From positions 1 to 50,975 of IMG/VR virus record IMGVR_UViG_3300021178_000004: a DNA stretch of 50,975 bases; one strand, written 5' to 3'. This document shows, piece by piece, positions 33,949 through 43,660 of this stretch (position 1 is the stretch's first letter; each line of letters starts with the position of its first letter). This DNA comes from a virus. Its lineage: Duplodnaviria; Caudoviricetes. The notes under the pieces are model-generated. The model did not search any database. It was given only the letters and a program-made list of their open reading frames with translations, and had not been told where the DNA came from. Position numbers and translations under genes: made by a program.

Positions 33949-36806
33949 CCACCCACCGCCAGCATTGGGATTGTTCCAAGCACCGTTGCGTAAAACGGCT
34001 GATCCTGTTCAATACAATACTGCCCACCAGTAGACCACGAGGAGTCGAGGTAGGTCTTGGCGTCGCCGGTCCAGAGGTCGTTGACCACCTGCTGCGAAGA
34101 AGGAAGTCCTGTTGCCATACTATTTACGTTGCCACGAATTAAATCCTTCATCGGAACCAGCGTAGTGAAGTTCTTTCCAATACTCAACCCAAGAGTACTA
34201 CGAACTCGAAGGATATCGGCGGGGATATTCTTAAGCTTACCCTGGATTGTCGGATCGCCGACTTCGATATTGAGGGTCTGGAGTTGAGGAACAAAGGCAA
34301 GGCCAGCTGTGGCGACGGGAGTTGCGGGAAGAACAAAGGCACCATTAGCATCAGTTAATGCGGTGAACGGAACTCCATTAGATAGACCGACGATATTGGT
34401 ATTGGGAAGGTGCGGTAGCGCGAAGTTAGTTTTAGGCGCTCCAGAATACTGCAAACCAGAGTCCACCGCCCAGCAGGATTTGTATCCATCCTGAGGGAAC
34501 CGATCAGCCATTCGCTCGATATATTGAATAGTCTGGCCGTTGACAGTTCGCTGAACCACAACATAGACTGCATCGATAGTTCCAACAACGGACGAGCCCG
34601 GTCCAGGCTCAGCTGGTTCTGTTATAGAAACCACTGACTGGAATGTTCCCTGTGTATCGTGATGAGCCCAACCGATCATCTCTTGTTCTTTGACGTAAGT
34701 CAACGAGAGTAGGGCTCCATCATTACGAACAGCCCAAACGACTGAGAAGGGAACTTCAGCGTAGGCCCACTCAGTGATTTGGTACCCAAACAGGAGGTGG
34801 CTGGAGAGCACGGAGATATCCGTTCCGGTATATATCTGCGTGTAGAAGTTGAAAGTAAGATCACGGACGATTGATCCCTTAGCTTGAACGTACAGAAAGT
34901 CGAAGTTGATTTGAAGTGGCGGGACATCGGAGGCACCGTTATAGGCGTGGCCTTTAGCGGCGATATCGATAGGAGTTACCGGAGCTCCGCTAGCTCCACC
35001 GTTGATTAGCCAAGCCTGCTGCGAGGTGAACATAATCAGCCCGGTCGGAGCTTGGAGCATCGACCTAATAGCGTTGAGCTTGCCAGAGACTATCGAGCCG
35101 GTAATAGCATCGTCAGGAAGGATAGGATTGGTAACGTTGAAGTTATAAGGCGATCCTGGCTGGGACATGTAGAAGGTCTGCAAGGCCTGAGGCTGCGCTG
35201 CGAGGACGAGGCGTTCGTCAAGGAAGCCAGGAACGGAAGGATTGCCACCAGAGGCAGGACTAAGAGTTGCGGTTGCGGTGGCTGCGCCGGCACTAAAGGT
35301 AACGGCAGGAGTCGCAGTATAACCGAAACCACCTGAGACCAAGACCAAGGCTCCAATATGCCATGTTACACTGGCATTGCCGGAGACGTATGAAGCTCCT
35401 CCAACAATGCCAGTAGGCGTTAGCGGGCTTAATGTAGCATTCCCGACTCCGACCACGCTACCACCAGAGACAATAGTTATACCAGTAACATTCCAATTAT
35501 TACCGCCGGCAGGGGTAGCCGAAGATATCTGACCGACTACACCACCAAAGTTAAAGTTGATTGTTTGGCCTACAGGTGATGGACCACCCCCGCCGCCGCC
35601 GGGAGAATTAACTACGATAGTACTGCCAGTAAAGGCACCAACTGATAAAACAACATAAGCCGTTGCTTGTAGCCCACTGCTTGGGGCTGCAATAGTAACT
35701 CCGGGAACGATCGTGTAGTTAGCGTCACCCGTTAAGGTTAGAAGCAGCACCGATGCCCCAGCGAATGGATTCTGCACTACTGGTGGGCATTGAGAGAAAT
35801 CTGGCGCGATATTACTATCGACGAACGAGGTTCCAGTTGAGTTACCAATGAAGCCAAATTGCTGCCCGGCTGGAACAGCGCCAGCAAGGGAGACCTCGGT
35901 CTTGTAGACGTTATAGCTAACAGCGCCAGGGATAACTGCCCAAGAGATAGTATTGGTTCCAGCATTTGTACGGAGGTCGGCTTTATTAACTAAGACTCCA
36001 GTTACCGCCGGGCCGCTCTCCTGGCCGTTGATATCGACAGCTGTGACAGTGTAGGCGTAGTTAACCGCCCCGGCGCCCATAGTGGAGACGACAGATGAGA
36101 TCGTTGGCGTTGCAATAGTTGGGCCGAAGTTAATGGCGTTGATGGTCCAGTTGGCTGCTGAGACTAGCGTCAAGACCTGTGGGGCATAATTAGGATGGCA
36201 TAGAATCAAGCTATTAACGCTCTGAGCGAACTTAACTAGAGCCAAGTCAGCCGAGGCATACGGGGAGGGCAGAGTATAGACCCGCTGAGCAATGCCATTT
36301 CCAGTGTATACACCGAAGGCAGTTGTGTTAACTACGTTTCCAAATAGATCACTAAGCTGCCCAGCACCAGAGACGACGTAGTAGTTTCCATTTACCTGCG
36401 TCATTCCGGTAGCGCCAGAGATGAATATCCAATCACCGACGGCATAAGGGGCACCGGGGATTGTAAAGCCGCCTGGATTGGCGTTGGTGATAGCTGTAAT
36501 AGCGAAGCCTGACTCGAGAACTGGCGCGCCGTTATTAAAGAATCGAATATAGAAGTTACCGAACTCTAAGGCGTAGTTGACTGTGAAGCTGGCTTGAAAT
36601 GGTATCAGCCGGACCTTGGTGCTGGACTTAAATGCTTGAAGAATATACTTCGTACCTGCTCTAGTGCTCGCTCCACCTCGATAATCAACAAAGAAGTTAC
36701 GGAGCAGCGCAGCGGCAGCGTGGTACTTAGCTAAATCTACTCGTGCGTATAGCTCTGGTGCCCACTCACCCGAGGAGAAAGCCTTCTGCATAACCAAAGC
36801 GGCCAC
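33945..36806 (-). CDS. tail tubular protein B (nozzle)
   Basis: FSSGEWAPELYAR N-terminus, LEFGNFYIRF, QEMIGWAHHDT, YIERM; FCCH-like and Gly-rich inserts. Confidence 0.88.
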   Translation of the reverse strand: MAALVMQKAFSSGEWAPELYARVDLAKYHAAAALLRNFFVDYRGGASTRAGTKYILQAFKSSTKVRLIPFQASFTVNYALEFGNFYIRFFNNGAPVLESGFAITAITNANPGGFTIPGAPYAVGDWIFISGATGMTQVNGNYYVVSGAGQLSDLFGNVVNTTAFGVYTGNGIAQRVYTLPSPYASADLALVKFAQSVNSLILCHPNYAPQVLTLVSAANWTINAINFGPTIATPTISSVVSTMGAGAVNYAYTVTAVDINGQESGPAVTGVLVNKADLRTNAGTNTISWAVIPGAVSYNVYKTEVSLAGAVPAGQQFGFIGNSTGTSFVDSNIAPDFSQCPPVVQNPFAGASVLLLTLTGDANYTIVPGVTIAAPSSGLQATAYVVLSVGAFTGSTIVVNSPGGGGGGPSPVGQTINFNFGGVVGQISSATPAGGNNWNVTGITIVSGGSVVGVGNATLSPLTPTGIVGGASYVSGNASVTWHIGALVLVSGGFGYTATPAVTFSAGAATATATLSPASGGNPSVPGFLDERLVLAAQPQALQTFYMSQPGSPYNFNVTNPILPDDAITGSIVSGKLNAIRSMLQAPTGLIMFTSQQAWLINGGASGAPVTPIDIAAKGHAYNGASDVPPLQINFDFLYVQAKGSIVRDLTFNFYTQIYTGTDISVLSSHLLFGYQITEWAYAEVPFSVVWAVRNDGALLSLTYVKEQEMIGWAHHDTQGTFQSVVSITEPAEPGPGSSVVGTIDAVYVVVQRTVNGQTIQYIERMADRFPQDGYKSCWAVDSGLQYSGAPKTNFALPHLPNTNIVGLSNGVPFTALTDANGAFVLPATPVATAGLAFVPQLQTLNIEVGDPTIQGKLKNIPADILRVRSTLGLSIGKNFTTLVPMKDLIRGNVNSMATGLPSSQQVVNDLWTGDAKTYLDSSWSTGGQYCIEQDQPFYATVLGTIPMLAVGG

Positions 36807-36815
36807 AAGCTATCC

Positions 36816-38105
36816 TCAATATAGCGAGAGGAGGGGACCCCAATCCAACCCACTCGGCGAGCCATCCCAGGCGGGGTCAAAGGCGAAGTCGATGCCGCGA
36901 ATGCGAATCCAGTCAGGGGTAACGTCGTTAACGGTTAAGCCTTCGTTGGCATCAGACTTTCTGGCTTCGATGATGAAGGCATTGGCCTCATTGAGCTTTG
37001 TCTGAGCCTTCTTATCATCGCCGGTTAGCGGATTGGCAAGCCTAGCGGCAAGGCCAGCGATCATCGCTTGTTGGAACTGGCTGTCCCACTGATTCGGATC
37101 GGTAACGCGTTTGCAATATGCGAGAACGGCGTTCTCTTGGTTCGTGAGGATAACACGCTGGTCGAATGTAGTTGAGAAGGTTAGATTAAAGGTGGCGCCC
37201 AAGCCAGAGCCGGTTGTTGATCCCTGTGCAATAGGATTTGCTGGTAGGTTACCGAAGTATACGCCTCCGAGGAGGATAGATACTCCGGTAATGACGCCGG
37301 CGGCAACAGAAGCCACGGTTAGTTGAGCGGCTCGGTTAGTTGAACCTCCAGTTAGGGTTATAGAATCGCCTACAGCGTATCCTACACCACCACCGGCGAT
37401 AGCCGCAGCAGATACGGTGCTTAGATAGGAGAGGGTGAAGGTAGCGCCAGAGCCTGAGCCAGAAGTAGTGTTCTGTGAGACTGGATTGGCTGGAGTTGTG
37501 GAATAGCTACCGCCTATAAAAGAACTAATACCAGTAATGCTGCCCCCGGCTCCTATAGCCGTGACAATGAGTTGAGCAGGGACGCCGATGCCTCCAGCTA
37601 TACTAATGATATCATTAACAGCATAGTTAACCCCGGCATTAACGACAACAATCCCACCCACTGTTGTTGGTTGGTCCACCGCTACTCTAAACCTAACCGG
37701 CGGTCCGTTCCAGAAGTTCGGCGCACCGCCAGTTACAGCGGTGGTGATTGGGATACCAGAGGCGAAGCCGGTTTGAAATTGAGGAATGATGAACAGAGCT
37801 TTGAGACAATCGCTGGGGTAAGCGTATTCATACGCCCAAGGCGGCGCTGGAATAGTCTTATTCCAGACAATAGTACCTACGTTCGATGCATTCTCTGGCG
37901 TCCCTGGCGCTGCAGTGATAAGCTGAAGGACAGCATAGTTCGTTGTACAGTTCCACGGAGCGAGTCGGATTAGCTCGTCACGTAAGGAGCCGTACAATAG
38001 ATTCGCCTGCTTAGCCTCGTTGCTGTTCTCAAGAAACGAGGCAACAGTCGTGCGTGTGCCAATCGCTGCCAGAGAGCGATTGACGATATCAACGTCAGTG
38101 GTCAC
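36816..38105 (-). CDS. tail tubular protein A (adaptor) with inserted tandem beta-rich repeats
   Basis: DIVNRSLAAIG, PWN, WAYEYAYPSDCL, LAARLANPLTG motifs. Confidence 0.85.
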   Translation of the reverse strand: MTTDVDIVNRSLAAIGTRTTVASFLENSNEAKQANLLYGSLRDELIRLAPWNCTTNYAVLQLITAAPGTPENASNVGTIVWNKTIPAPPWAYEYAYPSDCLKALFIIPQFQTGFASGIPITTAVTGGAPNFWNGPPVRFRVAVDQPTTVGGIVVVNAGVNYAVNDIISIAGGIGVPAQLIVTAIGAGGSITGISSFIGGSYSTTPANPVSQNTTSGSGSGATFTLSYLSTVSAAAIAGGGVGYAVGDSITLTGGSTNRAAQLTVASVAAGVITGVSILLGGVYFGNLPANPIAQGSTTGSGLGATFNLTFSTTFDQRVILTNQENAVLAYCKRVTDPNQWDSQFQQAMIAGLAARLANPLTGDDKKAQTKLNEANAFIIEARKSDANEGLTVNDVTPDWIRIRGIDFAFDPAWDGSPSGLDWGPLLSLY

Positions 38106-38305
38106 CTGCGACCTTGACTACCGCAGTTGCCATGGTTGGTTCCGTGAAGGCCAGGGGACTTGGGATCGGAGATGTTCTTGGGGCCTTGCGGGGGCGAGTA
38201 GGGAAGCTCCTTCGCTTCAGTGACGCCGCCCGAGGAGGCAGAGGCTCGCTGGGGCTTGCTTGCATCAGGCCCAAAGCCTGAGAGGATATCACGACCGGAT
38301 TTCAT
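38102..38305 (-). CDS. small disordered protein
   Basis: Coupled; Gly/Pro/Ser-rich; ends GSQGRR. Confidence 0.65.
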   Translation of the reverse strand: MKSGRDILSGFGPDASKPQRASASSGGVTEAKELPYSPPQGPKNISDPKSPGLHGTNHGNCGSQGRR

Positions 38306-38601
38306 AGGACACCTCGTCTGGTGACTGCGGGAGTATCGGTATGGACCTTCTCGGTTTCTGCTGCCTGAGCTCGAACCCTCTTAGCCTCTTCAAGGTCGAT
38401 ATCCTGACCCTGATCCGCCTCGACCCTGGCGACATCTTCAGGCTTTGGCTCTTCCACTACTGGCTCCAGAGCCTTTGCATGCTCTTCTAACTGCTTCATC
38501 GCTTCGTCGGCGATGGGCTTCAGCTTGGGATGGCCAAGGGCTGCTGTATGGATGTGGAATAGGGCAGCGAGGTGACCTAGTCTTTCTGTATCAAGTGGCA
38601 T
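38302..38601 (-). CDS. hypothetical protein
   Basis: Coupled in the late operon. Confidence 0.7.
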   Translation of the reverse strand: MPLDTERLGHLAALFHIHTAALGHPKLKPIADEAMKQLEEHAKALEPVVEEPKPEDVARVEADQGQDIDLEEAKRVRAQAAETEKVHTDTPAVTRRGVL

Positions 38602-38810
38602 CAGCGTTTTCCTTGTGAGCCTGAGGGGTGGATTGTCCTACTGGTCGCTGGGGCCTGAACCGAATACCCTCGGCCAGGGTACATTGGAGCGTATTCATCC
38701 CGGCGATTGAGCTTGCTGCCAAGTTGCTCAACAGCACGCGGGTCTACCGCTCGAGAGTTCGGCTCAGTCTTCTGGCCAGCCGGGCCAGATCGGTTAGCTC
38801 TTCCCTGCAT
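38601..38810 (-). CDS. small disordered protein
   Basis: SD AGGAG; ends GSQGKR. Confidence 0.65.
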   Translation of the reverse strand: MQGRANRSGPAGQKTEPNSRAVDPRAVEQLGSKLNRRDEYAPMYPGRGYSVQAPATSRTIHPSGSQGKR

Positions 38811-39189
38811 CTATCTTCTCCTTTAGGTGGGTGGGTGCAGCAAGTTGACGAGTATGATCCCAACGGTTAGCTGGATCAGCTGCCATGTCCCTTCGGACCT
38901 TCGAGAACGTCCCGCCTTCAGCATTTTCTTCAGCGACCAGCTGGCGAAAGCGATCGTCGCAGCGTTCCATCTCGCGAAGATGGTGAGACGGGACGGAGTG
39001 GCCGAGTTCCTCATACATGTATTTGATATCGTGGAGATCATGCATGTAGTTCATGAAGCGACGGATGCGTTCTGGGATTTCCGACTCAGCGTCGCGGATA
39101 TAGCTGATGACCTCGCCAAGCAGCTTTCGAATAGTCGTCATCTCACGGCGGAGTTCGCGGATGTCGTCGTCTGTAGTGCGATCGGCCAT
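38794..39189 (-). CDS. helical hypothetical protein
   Basis: TAATG coupling; SD AAGGA. Confidence 0.75.
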   Translation of the reverse strand: MADRTTDDDIRELRREMTTIRKLLGEVISYIRDAESEIPERIRRFMNYMHDLHDIKYMYEELGHSVPSHHLREMERCDDRFRQLVAEENAEGGTFSKVRRDMAADPANRWDHTRQLAAPTHLKEKIDAGKS

Positions 39190-39362
39190 TAGTTGTCCTT
39201 AGTATCGGTAGGTTTCTTTTTCTTCCGGAGGATTCCGGTCTTGGCATCGGCTTTGTTGAACTCTTTCGCTACGCCCATTGGAACACCAGCACGTTTGGCG
39301 AAATCCGCGGAGTGAGCGCTAGCTGCCATTAATTGGGCTTGAGCCGGTGTGCTACTTGGCAT
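39189..39362 (-). CDS. small conserved-type phage protein (57 aa)
   Basis: Manual translation MPSSTPAQAQLMAASAHSADFAKRAGVPMGVAKEFNKADAKTG...; motif familiar from podovirus late regions; SD GAGGAG. Confidence 0.75.
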   Translation of the reverse strand: MPSSTPAQAQLMAASAHSADFAKRAGVPMGVAKEFNKADAKTGILRKKKKPTDTKDN

Positions 39363-39648
39363 CAGGCTTCTCCTCTTTGGGAAGCTTAGCTTCTAGTTCC
39401 TTGATCCTTGCCTTCAGTTGGTTGTTGTCTCGCTCTAGTAGTTCTAGCTGCTGGGCCCATTCACCAATAACAGCACTAATTCGTAGAGCGGCGGTTGTAT
39501 AGGAAGTTGGTTGTTGGGCGGCAGCGTAGACTACGCTAGCAAATAAGATAACGATGCCTATAACGAGTACCCACCCGCGTTTCCTCGGCTTAGGTGACCA
39601 TGATGGCAGGCTTTCCTCGCGTCCGAGATCGCACCATGCGTTAGTCAT
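39352..39648 (-). CDS. membrane or secreted coiled-coil protein
   Basis: RKRGWVLVIGIVILFASVVYAAA|QQ followed by a heptad region. Confidence 0.7.
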   Translation of the reverse strand: MTNAWCDLGREESLPSWSPKPRKRGWVLVIGIVILFASVVYAAAQQPTSYTTAALRISAVIGEWAQQLELLERDNNQLKARIKELEAKLPKEEKPDAK

Positions 39649-39663
39649 AGATACCTGTCTCCA

Positions 39664-40269
39664 TTAGAACAGTTGTATCGAACCGACAACGGCCACGGCA
39701 TTTTGACTACCTGCAACCGTTGACCATGCCGCAGTCACGTCGATCTTGTTCGAGGTCGTGGTATTGATTACCACTGTAGTGCTTAACATGCTATTGAACA
39801 AAAGTGCTACCCCACTGAGTGCCGCCGAGTAGTACAAGCCGCCAGAACATATAATCGTACCAGTCGCTCCGATTGTCCTAATTGTACAGACAACATCTAA
39901 GGTAAACGGAAAGTTGCTTGCACTTGCCGGAAGCGCCGCTGTCGTAACAGAGACGATATTGGTCGCTCCCCAATTAATCTTGACTGTAACGGTCGCAGTA
40001 TTGGCAATTGGCGTAGAGTAGAAGCCAGTGCAGTATAGGTGAAAATAATTGCCGATGCTTAGTGTGTTCGCTGATACGGTCTGACCGGGACCAGTACCGG
40101 ACGGAGAGAAACAACTGACATCGCTAGTCGATGCCATCGACTGCGCGGCAGAAGAAGTCCATAGAGTGCTAGCTACGCCCGTTCCATTAAGTGGCGCATT
40201 GACCGCTGGCGCTACTACTTGCCCAAATGCAAGAGAGCATGTGAGCAGCCATACGAAAATGGTGCGCAT
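39664..40269 (-). CDS. secreted beta-rich protein (tail-spike associated)
   Basis: TAATG-coupled start; signal MRTIFVWLLTCSLAFG|Q; 4 Cys in the mature part. Confidence 0.75.
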   Translation of the reverse strand: MRTIFVWLLTCSLAFGQVVAPAVNAPLNGTGVASTLWTSSAAQSMASTSDVSCFSPSGTGPGQTVSANTLSIGNYFHLYCTGFYSTPIANTATVTVKINWGATNIVSVTTAALPASASNFPFTLDVVCTIRTIGATGTIICSGGLYYSAALSGVALLFNSMLSTTVVINTTTSNKIDVTAAWSTVAGSQNAVAVVGSIQLF

Positions 40270-42569
40270 TAGCATCCGGTCCCCACGTTGTCTACGATTG
40301 TCACTGGCGTTGTCGAGGTCCCAGCGTAAGCAATCATCTTGCACGTTCCAGCATTGGTCCCGGCGGTCCATTCTACTTTGGTATTACCCGCCCCCGGCGC
40401 AGTTCCGGAAGCGGTGATCTTAGGAAATCCCAATTCGCCATTAGTCCCCGCGAATGTAGTGCTACCGCCAATCACAACCGCATGACTGCCGTTGACGTAT
40501 AATCCATAGGTACCCGAATTGGTGTCCCAAAAGCCTATGTCGCCTTCAACCAGATTACGAATGCGGACGGTCCACTTGTTGGAAGCCGGCACAGCGTCGT
40601 TGGTAAATGTTAAGATATCATTGGCGCTGCCTCCAGAGTGGAGAGCTATCGCAGTTCCGCCAGCAGCTATTGTAAATGTGTGTGGGCTAGTCCAGCTATA
40701 ACTGGCAGTAAGATCAATCGCTGGAGCACCATCAGAGCGCATCGCAGTTGTAGCTGATCCATTAGTAGCAGTCGGGCCAACCTTGGCAGTCGGATTGGCG
40801 AAGTTCCCGGCAGCAAGTGCACCTACTGTTGTTCCGCAGGAAAAGGCGTCGGTTGATTGCGTGTAGTTAATATGGTTGCCACTACTATCCTGACAGTCAG
40901 GAATAACCTTCCATGTCGCGGTTCCGGCTACATCAATCAGAGTCGCATGAGACGCACCACTACCACCTAGCTGGGCAATAGAATTGGTACCAGCAAGTTG
41001 ATTGAAGTTATAGTCGTTAGCTGCCGCAACAACGGCGCCGGTGCGACCAAAAACTGAGGTTACGTCGGAAGGATCAGTCACGAAGGAGTAAGTCCCAGCC
41101 CCTGTACGCTTAAGAAACCCGGTCGAAGCAAATCCAGTGATGTTATCGAGACAGGTTCCGCTAGCTACAGAACAGTTGGTCCCGCCTTCCGTTATTGCGT
41201 AAACCGGACTATCGATCAGTCCAATATTGCTACGTTGCTTGTAATTAGTGTGGGCAAAGGTCGAGCTAGTACCTGCGGCCATGCCGTTGTAATTGGCGGT
41301 TGAGCCAGTACAGTCGTTACCGATAAAGGTCAGATGGTCTATGGCTGCGCCGAAGACACAGCCATTCTTTGCCTGAAAGGCAGAACCAAAGCCACTAAAC
41401 CCGCCAACTGAATTGACGATCTCGATATAGGAGTAGTTGGCTCCGCCGGCGATGTTGATGAAGTCGGCTGTGCCCGCGGCGTTAGCTGCGTTGACACCCT
41501 CTGAAACTATACTGATATGCACATGCTTAAAGGTTGTCGCCGTAGCGATGATACCACTTGATCCGCAGGATAGGAAATGTCCATCGACCCAGACTGTCTG
41601 AATGATTCCAGCGCCGGTAAAGCTCATGCACGGGCCGTTGCCGGTAGTCGTGCCCCCACCAAACCATTTATCTGCATAGGTGAAGTTGGCTAGCGTTCCT
41701 CCGGCTTGAGCAATAAGGGAGAAGCCGTTATTCATTCCATCAAAGGTGTTGTTGTTGAAGATGAAATCGTTACTGGTGATACCGTTAGCGGCATTGGCGA
41801 CGAATGGATGATCGAAAACCTGTACAAGGTTATTATCTACTCGAAGCGTTCCAACTGAGCCGGTCTCGGCCTGAATAAAGTCTCGGTTAGCTACCACACT
41901 CCCACGGGTTCCGGTAGTCGCAATCTGCGAATTGCGGATAATCATTCCATTGCCGAAGTTAAAAGCGAATAACGGAACGCCTACCGTAGCTCCTACAGCA
42001 CCGAAAGTCCCTTCAAAGGTAACAGAGCCGAATCCTACACCGTTCGCAGCGGCAAAGACACCGATACCAGTGCCGAGCCAGCTGTTGATAAACATTGTAC
42101 TGGCCGAGGCAACTGATAGCGTAGTGTTGGTTGCGGCACCAGCGTTATCGAAGCCCATATTAAAGGTGCCGCCGTAATTGCCAGTCCAAGTAAGGACACC
42201 ATTCTGCGATCCCTTAAGAATGCAGTCGCCAGGGCCACCTTGGCAAACGATCCATACTTGTGAGCCGGTAACTGTAGCGGCGAGGTTAGGTGCGAGAAGG
42301 ACTCCGGGAGGTAGATAAATGGCTGTGTTATTGGCCGCGTTCGCGGCGGTTATGCAAGCTTGAATAGCCGTGCTATTATCAGAGTTGCTTGCAGCCACCC
42401 CAGAGCAGGATAGGATTGTTGTGCTGATAGGAAATGGTGGAGCAGCCGCGCCAGAACTATTACCGCAGACGGTATTATTCGGAAAGGCTCCATTGCATTG
42501 GGCCGAAGCTAGAGAAGGGAAGAAAGTTGCTAGGCCTAAAGCCAGCAAAGCCCTCGCGATCCATTTCAT
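40269..42569 (-). CDS. tail spike/fibre-like protein (beta-helix) with a Sec signal peptide
   Basis: TGATG-coupled start MKWIARALLALGLATFFPSLASA|Q; DNSTAIQACI..IYLPPG pectate-lyase-3-like head; VTSVFGRTGAV fibre motif; 16 Cys. Confidence 0.8.
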   Translation of the reverse strand: MKWIARALLALGLATFFPSLASAQCNGAFPNNTVCGNSSGAAAPPFPISTTILSCSGVAASNSDNSTAIQACITAANAANNTAIYLPPGVLLAPNLAATVTGSQVWIVCQGGPGDCILKGSQNGVLTWTGNYGGTFNMGFDNAGAATNTTLSVASASTMFINSWLGTGIGVFAAANGVGFGSVTFEGTFGAVGATVGVPLFAFNFGNGMIIRNSQIATTGTRGSVVANRDFIQAETGSVGTLRVDNNLVQVFDHPFVANAANGITSNDFIFNNNTFDGMNNGFSLIAQAGGTLANFTYADKWFGGGTTTGNGPCMSFTGAGIIQTVWVDGHFLSCGSSGIIATATTFKHVHISIVSEGVNAANAAGTADFINIAGGANYSYIEIVNSVGGFSGFGSAFQAKNGCVFGAAIDHLTFIGNDCTGSTANYNGMAAGTSSTFAHTNYKQRSNIGLIDSPVYAITEGGTNCSVASGTCLDNITGFASTGFLKRTGAGTYSFVTDPSDVTSVFGRTGAVVAAANDYNFNQLAGTNSIAQLGGSGASHATLIDVAGTATWKVIPDCQDSSGNHINYTQSTDAFSCGTTVGALAAGNFANPTAKVGPTATNGSATTAMRSDGAPAIDLTASYSWTSPHTFTIAAGGTAIALHSGGSANDILTFTNDAVPASNKWTVRIRNLVEGDIGFWDTNSGTYGLYVNGSHAVVIGGSTTFAGTNGELGFPKITASGTAPGAGNTKVEWTAGTNAGTCKMIAYAGTSTTPVTIVDNVGTGC

Positions 42570-42994
42570 CAGTAAGTCCACCCCTTCTGAGTAGAGCTTG
42601 GCTTTAGCACGAAGCCGCCATAGGCGACTTGGATTAGAATCTGAGCAAGGCCTACAATGTTCTCGTTAGCGTTATTGCGTTGAATGGTGATTGGGTTTCC
42701 AATTGAGGCGAAGCCACCAATGTCAACGACGGTAACAGGGTTCTTGGCGAATAGCCCAGGGAGGGCTTGGGGGCCAACGCCAGGATCGACAGCAGATGGC
42801 AGAACAATCGTGACAAGGCCATTGACGTTGACCTCGACCAAGGAGACGGAAGGGTCGAGGTTGTAGGTTCCGGCTGCGCTGACTTGAAGAACATTGCGGA
42901 TAGGAACCCATATCCAGCCGACGGAGGGTCCGCGGTAGGCTCGAATCCACTCGCGGGAGGTGCCGCCCTGGTCGAGATCGAGTTGAGAGGCCAC
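42569..42994 (-). CDS. beta-rich structural protein (possible fibre adaptor)
   Basis: VTIVLPSA..VTVVDIGG..NPITI pattern of tail-fibre proximal domains; no signal peptide. Confidence 0.65.
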   Translation of the reverse strand: MASQLDLDQGGTSREWIRAYRGPSVGWIWVPIRNVLQVSAAGTYNLDPSVSLVEVNVNGLVTIVLPSAVDPGVGPQALPGLFAKNPVTVVDIGGFASIGNPITIQRNNANENIVGLAQILIQVAYGGFVLKPSSTQKGWTY

Positions 42995-43660
42995 TTAGGC
43001 TCTCCGAGTAACGGCCTGTCGATGCTCTTGGTCCTTAGTCAGAAGCTGATTCTGCAAGGCAGTGTTGGCTTCAGCAAGCTTGCTGATCTGATCCATCGCA
43101 GCGGTGAGCCGCTCTTCGAGAGCAGCGAAGCGGTCATCGGCACCGGCAGGTCGGGCAATCGAAGCAAGCATGTCGGAGTTCTGCTTCATGATCGCGGTCA
43201 TACCGGCAAGGACCTCGGCGAGGCCCCCGGTATCGGAACTCTGTTTGACAGAGGCCTCAGCCATCTGCTTTTGCAGACTTTCGATCAAGGCCTCGGCGAA
43301 CCCATTCGAGGGGAAAGCCTGCTCGCCCATTGGGTTGACCCAAGTGCTTTGCATAGACTTGGTGATGGCCTCGGCCTCTTCATCCATCGGGGCCATATCC
43401 GGGGTCACGGTGCCATCGAAGATGATATCCTTCGGCTGGGGATTGTGACCGTCACTAACGACGACCATTCCCTCAACTACCCGGCCCATGCCGTCGCGTT
43501 CGGTGTAGTTCCAGTCTGTTTCCCAATCAGGGTTCAGGTAGGTCGGAACGTCAAACTGCGTTCGCTTCGGGCGTCCAGAGGTGCGATCCGTTTCCGTGTA
43601 TTCCCACTTGGTCCCCTCGACTTTCAGGTAGTGAGGGGCTGTCAGGCGCCAGCGTGCCAT
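42995..43660 (-). CDS. hypothetical protein with C-terminal coiled coil
   Basis: Start refined to MARWRL (ATG 43660, SD GGAG). Confidence 0.75.
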   Translation of the reverse strand: MARWRLTAPHYLKVEGTKWEYTETDRTSGRPKRTQFDVPTYLNPDWETDWNYTERDGMGRVVEGMVVVSDGHNPQPKDIIFDGTVTPDMAPMDEEAEAITKSMQSTWVNPMGEQAFPSNGFAEALIESLQKQMAEASVKQSSDTGGLAEVLAGMTAIMKQNSDMLASIARPAGADDRFAALEERLTAAMDQISKLAEANTALQNQLLTKDQEHRQAVTRRA

